Positions 15,025 to 19,885 of a stretch of DNA of 19,885 nt are shown here, one piece after another (the stretch's first letter is position 1; each line of letters opens with the position of its first letter). This DNA is from an archaeon (lineage in GTDB: Archaea > Nanobdellota > Nanobdellia > Pacearchaeales > GW2011-AR1), in assembly GCA_030620045.1 (NCBI GenBank), contig JAUXAD010000015.1:1-19885 (forward strand). Direction: 5' to 3'. The notes beneath the pieces were generated by a model. That model saw nothing but the letters and a program-made list of their open reading frames with translations, did not search any database and was not told the origin of the DNA. The position numbers and the translations under genes are program-made.

Positions 15025-15996
15025 TTAAGGTTTGAATTCTCCTGATTCAAATGTTTGAATTAAGTAGTCAATTAACTCTATTAATTTTCTTGGAAAATTC
15101 CATGTTTTTTCTTCTTTAAGTTCTTTTAATTCTTCTATCATATTATCATTTAATGGTTCTTGTTTCTCAGCGGTTTTTGCTAAGAAATCCTTTAAAGTAG
15201 GATTAACTTCAAAAAAATTATCCATGCCTTTTTCAGAATAATCTTGACCATAAATATGCAGAGATCCATTTTCTTCTGTATAAGGACCAATAATAACTTC
15301 TTTTCCTGTTTTATTTTGTAAAGGAATAGCAACTTTGAATCTGATTAGATTTCTTAATCCAACCAAATTATCACACCATGCTTTGTATAGGTCTCTGCTT
15401 CTCCATCTAGCATCAGTGTTTAATACTAGTCTTCCTTGATTATCTTCTATTGCTCTAAATTGTAATTCTCTTAAACAAGGAGCATCAGACTTCATGAAAG
15501 TATCTATTTCTGGAAGACCTGTCATTGCTATAGCTCTTCTTGTTATTGGGTCTCTCACTAATTTGTCCACAGACTTCTCTAATTGATTAACTGTAATACC
15601 ATTTGACATCGGATAATTTGTTAATCTTTGATGATATGCATAGGGCCATTGAGTTGGCTCAAATTCTTCATTTCCTGAATGAATCATTCCGAATAGCTCA
15701 TCATGTGGGACAACTAAGTGATCTTTAGCTCCTAACATTTCTGCTATATATTTTCCAACATTCATATAGCTAATTATTGGAATTCTTGGTTCAGCAAAAA
15801 GATTTTGTATTCTTATCATTACTTTTGCATCTTTGCTTGGAGGATCAAGATAATTTCCGTTTTCTTTTCTGTCATATTCTGTTCTAAGAGATAGACCATT
15901 TTTATCAACAGCTTTTAACACTTTGTAAAAAGTGTCAGAAATTCCTTGTCCACTACGATACAAAGAAGGTATTTCAGCTTCACATCTTTTTTTCAT
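15025..15996 (-). CDS. thyA: thymidylate synthase (ThyA-fold) family protein, 323 aa
   Basis: It aligns by eye with E. coli ThyA. DPITRRAI matches DPDSRRII, and DAPCLRELQF matches LAPCHAFFQF, which holds the catalytic Cys. WRSRDLYKAWCDN matches YQRSCDVFLGLPFN with the Asn retained, and GSLHIYG matches GDTHLYS. It has its own TTTAAAAG box about 26 nt upstream. Confidence 0.8.
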   Translation of the reverse strand: MKKRCEAEIPSLYRSGQGISDTFYKVLKAVDKNGLSLRTEYDRKENGNYLDPPSKDAKVMIRIQNLFAEPRIPIISYMNVGKYIAEMLGAKDHLVVPHDELFGMIHSGNEEFEPTQWPYAYHQRLTNYPMSNGITVNQLEKSVDKLVRDPITRRAIAMTGLPEIDTFMKSDAPCLRELQFRAIEDNQGRLVLNTDARWRSRDLYKAWCDNLVGLRNLIRFKVAIPLQNKTGKEVIIGPYTEENGSLHIYGQDYSEKGMDNFFEVNPTLKDFLAKTAEKQEPLNDNMIEELKELKEEKTWNFPRKLIELIDYLIQTFESGEFKP

Positions 15997-16048
15997 ATAA
16001 TAGAAAATTTATTAGTACTTTTAAAGAAATCTATACTCTAGAATACAT

Positions 16049-16357
16049 TTAATCTTTCATCTCAATTTTTATATTGACATTTTTTGGAATTTGCATCCTC
16101 ATTATATGATGAAGGATTTTTTCATTTGCCGGCAAATCAATCAATCTTTTGTGAATTCGCATTTCATATCTATCAAAAGTTGCTGTTCCGTCACCGCAAG
16201 GAGATTTTCTGGTAGTTATTTTAAGTTTTTTTGTTGGTAATGGTACAGGACCAGAAATAGTTATTCCTGATTTTTCAGCTATATCTTTAATAGAATTACA
16301 AATATCATTAAGCATTTTTATGTCTGTGCTATTTAGCTTGATTCTTACTCTTGGCAT
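16049..16357 (-). CDS. rps10: ribosomal protein uS10
   Basis: MPRVRIKLNSTD...GPVPLPTKKLKITTRKSPCGDGTATFDRYEMRIHKRLIDL is canonical archaeal S10. It has its own A/T box about 25 nt upstream. Confidence 0.95.
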   Translation of the reverse strand: MPRVRIKLNSTDIKMLNDICNSIKDIAEKSGITISGPVPLPTKKLKITTRKSPCGDGTATFDRYEMRIHKRLIDLPANEKILHHIMRMQIPKNVNIKIEMKD

Positions 16358-16400
16358 AAAAGAAATATAAGAAATTGATTTAAAAAACTTGTGTTAACTT

Positions 16401-17009
16401 TTATAAAATTTTTAATGCTAGAAGAATACCCATGATAATTATTATTGTTCCTCCAATTCTTTCTGGGTGGGGGAATCTTTTTAACTTGCCAGCTAAAAAA
16501 TGAGCTATTATTAAAGATACAAATGTAGCAATTAATACTCCTGCGCAAATTGCTACCCAATTTCCTTTAGCCATTATTAAATTTGAATAAGCGATTATAT
16601 CATCTATACCTGTGGCGAAAAAGAGAATCATACCTAATCCAATAAATTTCAAACTAACAAATCTTTGAGGTTTTGAAACTTGCAAATGTTTTTTTACTTC
16701 AGCGTGAGTTCTTTTGTGATGTTTTTCTTTATGATTTCCTTTAATAAAAGTAAGTATTCCCAATGTGACTAATACTGCGCCACCGATTAGATGTCTTGAT
16801 GGTAGAGCTTCCATTAACGAACCTGCAAAAATTGCTATGCCCAGTGCAATAATTGTTCCAAGTATTATTCCAAAAGATATAAATTTTTTATGGTCCCTTG
16901 TTTTATTTTTTAGGTAAAGACCAGCATATGCTAAGGTATCATCTATACCTGTTGCAAAAAATGCTATGAATCCAAGTCCGAAAAGTATAAGTGTTTCTAT
17001 CAACCCCAT
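16401..17009 (-). CDS. internally duplicated integral membrane protein with a His-rich loop, putative metal/ion transporter
   Basis: Two homologous halves each begin with FFATGIDD(T/I)(L/I)AY. The central loop KGNHKEKHHKRTHAEVKKH is His-rich. It is reminiscent of CadD-like transporters, but the family assignment is uncertain. Confidence 0.65.
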   Translation of the reverse strand: MGLIETLILFGLGFIAFFATGIDDTLAYAGLYLKNKTRDHKKFISFGIILGTIIALGIAIFAGSLMEALPSRHLIGGAVLVTLGILTFIKGNHKEKHHKRTHAEVKKHLQVSKPQRFVSLKFIGLGMILFFATGIDDIIAYSNLIMAKGNWVAICAGVLIATFVSLIIAHFLAGKLKRFPHPERIGGTIIIIMGILLALKIL

Positions 17010-17678
17010 TTATTCACCTCCTGTTCCTTCTTTTTGATTTTCTTCAATTTTTTCTTCTTCTAATCCAAAAAGAGAAAAGATAAAATCAAAAAATCTTAAG
17101 ATTATTTCAATAACAATTATGAATAATAAATAATATGCTATGTTTCCAAAAAAGTTAGGGAGGTTAGTGAAATGAGTGAAAATTCTTTCAATATTAAAGA
17201 AATTTGGAGTAAGAATTGAAACTGCCAATAAAGTGAAAGGTAAAAGTTTTGCGACATCTTTAGATAAATCTTCTTTATAATATGAAGTTATTCTAATTGC
17301 TGCAATTATTGTGGCTGAAACAATTAAAAGGGTTGAGATTTCCAAGTCTGTTAAAAACATTAAGAAGAAAGTAAATACTACAAACCAAAAGAAAATTAAA
17401 AATGGCAAAATTATTATATATTCTGCAAAGTAAAGAGCTCCTGCAAGTAGTTTTGTGAAAAGAGGATGCTCAGATTTATTGTACTTGTTTAAATCTAAAC
17501 CAAGAATATTTTTTTTAGCAATAAATTTATAAAATTTCCATATAAAGATACAATATACAACCACTAATAAAACAAGAATTAAAAAATTGAAAAAATTTCC
17601 TGCAATTGGAGGAAGACTTGAAATAAAATCTTGATAAAATCCCATTAATTCTGTTCCAAGATTTTCAACCCCTTCCAT
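17010..17678 (-). CDS. polytopic membrane protein (222 aa), function unknown
   Basis: ATG ORF with about five hydrophobic helices and an acidic C-terminal tail. It directly abuts the downstream transporter gene. Confidence 0.65.
   Translation of the reverse strand: MEGVENLGTELMGFYQDFISSLPPIAGNFFNFLILVLLVVVYCIFIWKFYKFIAKKNILGLDLNKYNKSEHPLFTKLLAGALYFAEYIIILPFLIFFWFVVFTFFLMFLTDLEISTLLIVSATIIAAIRITSYYKEDLSKDVAKLLPFTLLAVSILTPNFFNIERIFTHFTNLPNFFGNIAYYLLFIIVIEIILRFFDFIFSLFGLEEEKIEENQKEGTGGE
17015..17021 (-). promoter_or_regulatory. Shine-Dalgarno GGAGGTG, 5 nt upstream of the 16401-17009 gene
   Basis: Minus strand reads GGAGGTGAATAAATG. The site lies inside the 3' end of the upstream gene, whose stop abuts the ATG, indicating a translationally coupled operon. 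Confidence 0.6.
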
Positions 17679-17752
17679 AAATTAATTGAGGAATTATTGT
17701 TTTTAAAAGTGTCGTTGATAAGATTTAAATAGAATGTTTTTTTTAATGTATT

Positions 17753-19027
17753 ATGATTGATATAAAACTAATTAGAGAAAATCCTGAATTAGTTAAAAAA
17801 AATATTAAGAAAAAATTTCAGAATGAAAAACTTATTTTGGTGGATAAGGTAAAAAAATTAGATGAAGGGTGGAGAAAGCTGAAATATAAAGAAGATAATT
17901 TAAGAAGTGAAAGGAATAAAATTTCTGAACAAATTAATCAAGCTAAGAAACAAAAAAAGGATGCTTCTAAATTGATTAAAAAAGCAAAAGCTATTCCTGA
18001 AGAAATTGAGAGAGTTAGTGGAAAGAGGAAAAAACTTGAAGAGGAAATAAACCAAATTATGTATAAGATTCCAAATATAATTCATAAATCTGTTCCTATT
18101 GGGAAAGATGATTCTAAAAATGTTGAGATTAAGAAAATTGGGAAGCCGAAGAAATTTAGTTTTCCTGTTAAGGGGCATGTGGAGTTAGGGGAAAAATTAG
18201 GGATGCTTGATTTTGATGTTTCTGCAAAAGTTTCTGGGAAAGGATTTTATTATCTTAAAGGAGATTTGGCTTTGTTGAATATGGCGTTGATAAATTTTGC
18301 AAGAGATTATATGATTAAACAGGATTTTGAATATGTTGAGCCTCCTTTAATGATAAGAGGGGAAATACTTAGAGGAGTTTATTCTAACAAAGAAATTGAT
18401 GCAATGGTGTATAAAGTTGATGGTGAAGATTTGTATTTGATTGCTACTGCTGAACACCCTTTGATTGGGCAGTTTATAGATAAGACAATTAATGAAGATA
18501 ATCTACCAATTAAACAAACTGGATATAGCATGTGTTTTAGAAAAGAAATTGGCAGTCATGGTATTGATGAAAAAGGACTTTTTAGAACACATCAATTCAA
18601 TAAGCAAGAGATGATTGTTATTTGTGAACCTTCTGAGTCCTACAAATGGTATGATGAGATGTTAAAAATGTCTGTTGATATTTTTAAGGCTTTGGAAATT
18701 CCAATTAGAGTTTTAGAAATTTGTTCTGGAGATTTAGCTGATTTGAAAGCAAAGTCTTGTGATATTGAGTTCTGGAGTTCAAGGCAGAAAAAATATTCTG
18801 AAATGGGAAGTTTAACAAATATGGAAGAAGCACAGGCAAGGAGATTAAACATAAAAATTGAGGATAAAGGTAAAAGATATTTTGCTCATACTTTGAATAA
18901 TACTGTCCTTGCAACTTCAAGGGTTTTGGTTGCTTTAATGGAAAATAATCAGCAAAAAGATGGAAGCATAAAAATTCCGAAAGTTTTGCAGAAATATTTG
19001 GGTGGAAAGGTGATTGGAAAAAAATGA
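17753..19027 (+). CDS. serS: seryl-tRNA synthetase
   Basis: N-terminal coiled-coil arm, class II motifs (FRKEIGSHG...GLFRTHQFNKQE, TAEHPL) and C-terminal GSIKIPKVL. This is the standard, non-methanogen type. Confidence 0.95.
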   Translation: MIDIKLIRENPELVKKNIKKKFQNEKLILVDKVKKLDEGWRKLKYKEDNLRSERNKISEQINQAKKQKKDASKLIKKAKAIPEEIERVSGKRKKLEEEINQIMYKIPNIIHKSVPIGKDDSKNVEIKKIGKPKKFSFPVKGHVELGEKLGMLDFDVSAKVSGKGFYYLKGDLALLNMALINFARDYMIKQDFEYVEPPLMIRGEILRGVYSNKEIDAMVYKVDGEDLYLIATAEHPLIGQFIDKTINEDNLPIKQTGYSMCFRKEIGSHGIDEKGLFRTHQFNKQEMIVICEPSESYKWYDEMLKMSVDIFKALEIPIRVLEICSGDLADLKAKSCDIEFWSSRQKKYSEMGSLTNMEEAQARRLNIKIEDKGKRYFAHTLNNTVLATSRVLVALMENNQQKDGSIKIPKVLQKYLGGKVIGKK

Positions 19028-19197
19028 ATAAAGGAAATTTAGTTATTGGAGCAGTTTCAGGGGGCATTGCTGGGGCAGTAGGAGCTTGGTTGGTTAGTGA
19101 TTATGATTTTAGTTTGTTGTCTGTTGTATTGATTGGAGCTGTTATTGGAATTTGTGTTGGGTTTGTTGCTAATTTGTTTAAGAGGAAGAAGAAATAA
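19024..19197 (+). CDS. small Gly-rich membrane protein (57 aa)
   Basis: Not in the track (under 60 aa). ATGA overlap with the serS stop. An AGGTGA lies 10 nt upstream. Two hydrophobic G/A/V-rich helices and a KRKKK tail. Confidence 0.4.
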   Translation: MNKGNLVIGAVSGGIAGAVGAWLVSDYDFSLLSVVLIGAVIGICVGFVANLFKRKKK

Positions 19198-19211
19198 ACC
19201 TTGGTAGTAAG

Positions 19212-19220
19212 TTTTAAAAA
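19212..19220 (+). promoter_or_regulatory. TATA-like box (TTTTAAAAA) for tRNA-Asp
   Basis: Ends 24 nt upstream of the tRNA 5' end. Confidence 0.45.
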
Positions 19221-19243
19221 TTGATTTCTATAAAGTAAATTAT

Positions 19244-19315
19244 GCCTACGTGGTCTAACGGCTATGACATGTCCCTGTCGCGGACATAACCCGGGTTCGA
19301 CTCCCGGCGTGGGCG
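19244..19315 (+). tRNA. tRNA-Asp (anticodon GUC)
   Basis: Acceptor GCCTACG/CGTGGGC (one G-U pair), anticodon stem TGTCC/GGACA with loop CTGTCGC, T-arm CCGGG-TTCGACT-CCCGG, discriminator G. Confidence 0.88.
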
Positions 19316-19354
19316 CTTACATAATTATTTAAATCTCTTTTTCTTCTTATTCTC

Positions 19355-19885
19355 ATGAAAAAGAGTTTGATATTCATAGCAATTTTTATATTGTTGGCTA
19401 TGCCTCTAACATCTGCTGGAGAAATGACTACAGAGATAACTGGAGAATGTACAAATTATGATAGAGGAATAGAATATGAAAGATGTTGTCCGATGGGTGA
19501 AAAAATAAACTGCGTGAGTTGCAGAGACACTGATGGCGGCAGAAATTATTATGTAAAAGGAGAGACAATGGAACGGCACTGGAATCGTTTTGAAATGGGT
19601 ATGCTTGTTAGTGGAGGTCCTGGGATAAAAGAGGGATGTATAGAAATTATTCCTCTTACAGAATGTCCTGGAACTATTATTAAAGAAGCAACTGATGATA
19701 GTTATGGATTATGTGAACTTTATCAGCAAATTAAGCTTTATGGAGAAGTAGAAACTCCTGGAGAAGAAGAACAATGTGAAGTAAACTGTAGAACAAATGT
19801 GTGTTTTGAAGATGATGAATGTCTTGGTAGATGTCTTTCTGAATGCTGGAGAGATGATGGAGTAACTGTTCTTACAGAAGGTTAT
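19355..19885 (+). CDS. secreted cysteine-rich protein, C-terminus cut by the window edge (at least 177 aa)
   Basis: Not in the track because it runs off the window. I read all 177 triplets and found no stop. Signal peptide MKKSLIFIAIFILLAMPLTSAG. 14 Cys residues, including a CRDTDGGRNYYVKG motif. An A/T box lies about 25 nt upstream. Confidence 0.7.
   Translation, partial: MKKSLIFIAIFILLAMPLTSAGEMTTEITGECTNYDRGIEYERCCPMGEKINCVSCRDTDGGRNYYVKGETMERHWNRFEMGMLVSGGPGIKEGCIEIIPLTECPGTIIKEATDDSYGLCELYQQIKLYGEVETPGEEEQCEVNCRTNVCFEDDECLGRCLSECWRDDGVTVLTEGY

Noticed and set aside
16345-16560. 71-aa minus-strand ORF spanning the transporter 3' end and the uS10 start
   Set aside because: It is out of frame with both well-supported genes and crosses the uS10 promoter region.
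17900-19067. Track ORFs 17900-18178, 18640-18852 and 18705-19067 (-)
   Set aside because: They are antisense to seryl-tRNA synthetase.
1-19885. CRISPR array, rRNA, transposase/integrase or prophage block
   Set aside because: I saw no regularly spaced direct repeats. I found no rRNA-like GC-rich stretch beyond the three tRNAs. No ORF had DDE, tyrosine or serine recombinase, capsid or terminase motifs. The tail-collar-like protein therefore does not sit in a recognisable provirus.

Overview
AT-rich (about 30% GC by eye, not computed), gene-dense archaeal chromosomal segment. All calls come from reading ORFs and remembered family motifs; no searches were run. Archaeal translation genes (aIF2-gamma, aIF5B, S6e, uS10, SerS, tRNA-Val/Gly/Asp) occur as single transcription units, interspersed with small hypothetical, membrane and secreted proteins. 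This layout, the tiny intergenic spacers and TATA boxes about 25 nt upstream of start codons suggest a small-genome, possibly DPANN-like archaeon (inference). Other content: a dCMP deaminase plus thyA-like and tmk-like genes, a PC4-like ssDNA-binding protein, and an extracytoplasmic thiol-redox pair (thioredoxin-like + CcdA). There is also a secreted metzincin, a duplicated-repeat His-loop membrane transporter and a truncated Dph2 gene. The supplied ORF track misses three ORFs: an NTase gene cut by the left edge (1-1533, minus), a Cys-rich secreted protein cut by the right edge (19355-19885) and a 57-aa membrane ORF. The best novelty candidate is the 990-aa surface protein (2335-5307). Its membrane-distal N-terminal region carries three tandem copies of a phage tail-collar-like, HxH-rich module in one chain, possibly a pseudo-trimeric metal-binding receptor-binding head. 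Secondary candidates are an overlapping two-gene PaREP1/HEPN-like cassette between infB and rps6e, a strand-specific double UUCG-tetraloop RNA element, and the atypical thyA/tmk pair. No CRISPR array, rRNA, transposase or integrase was seen.
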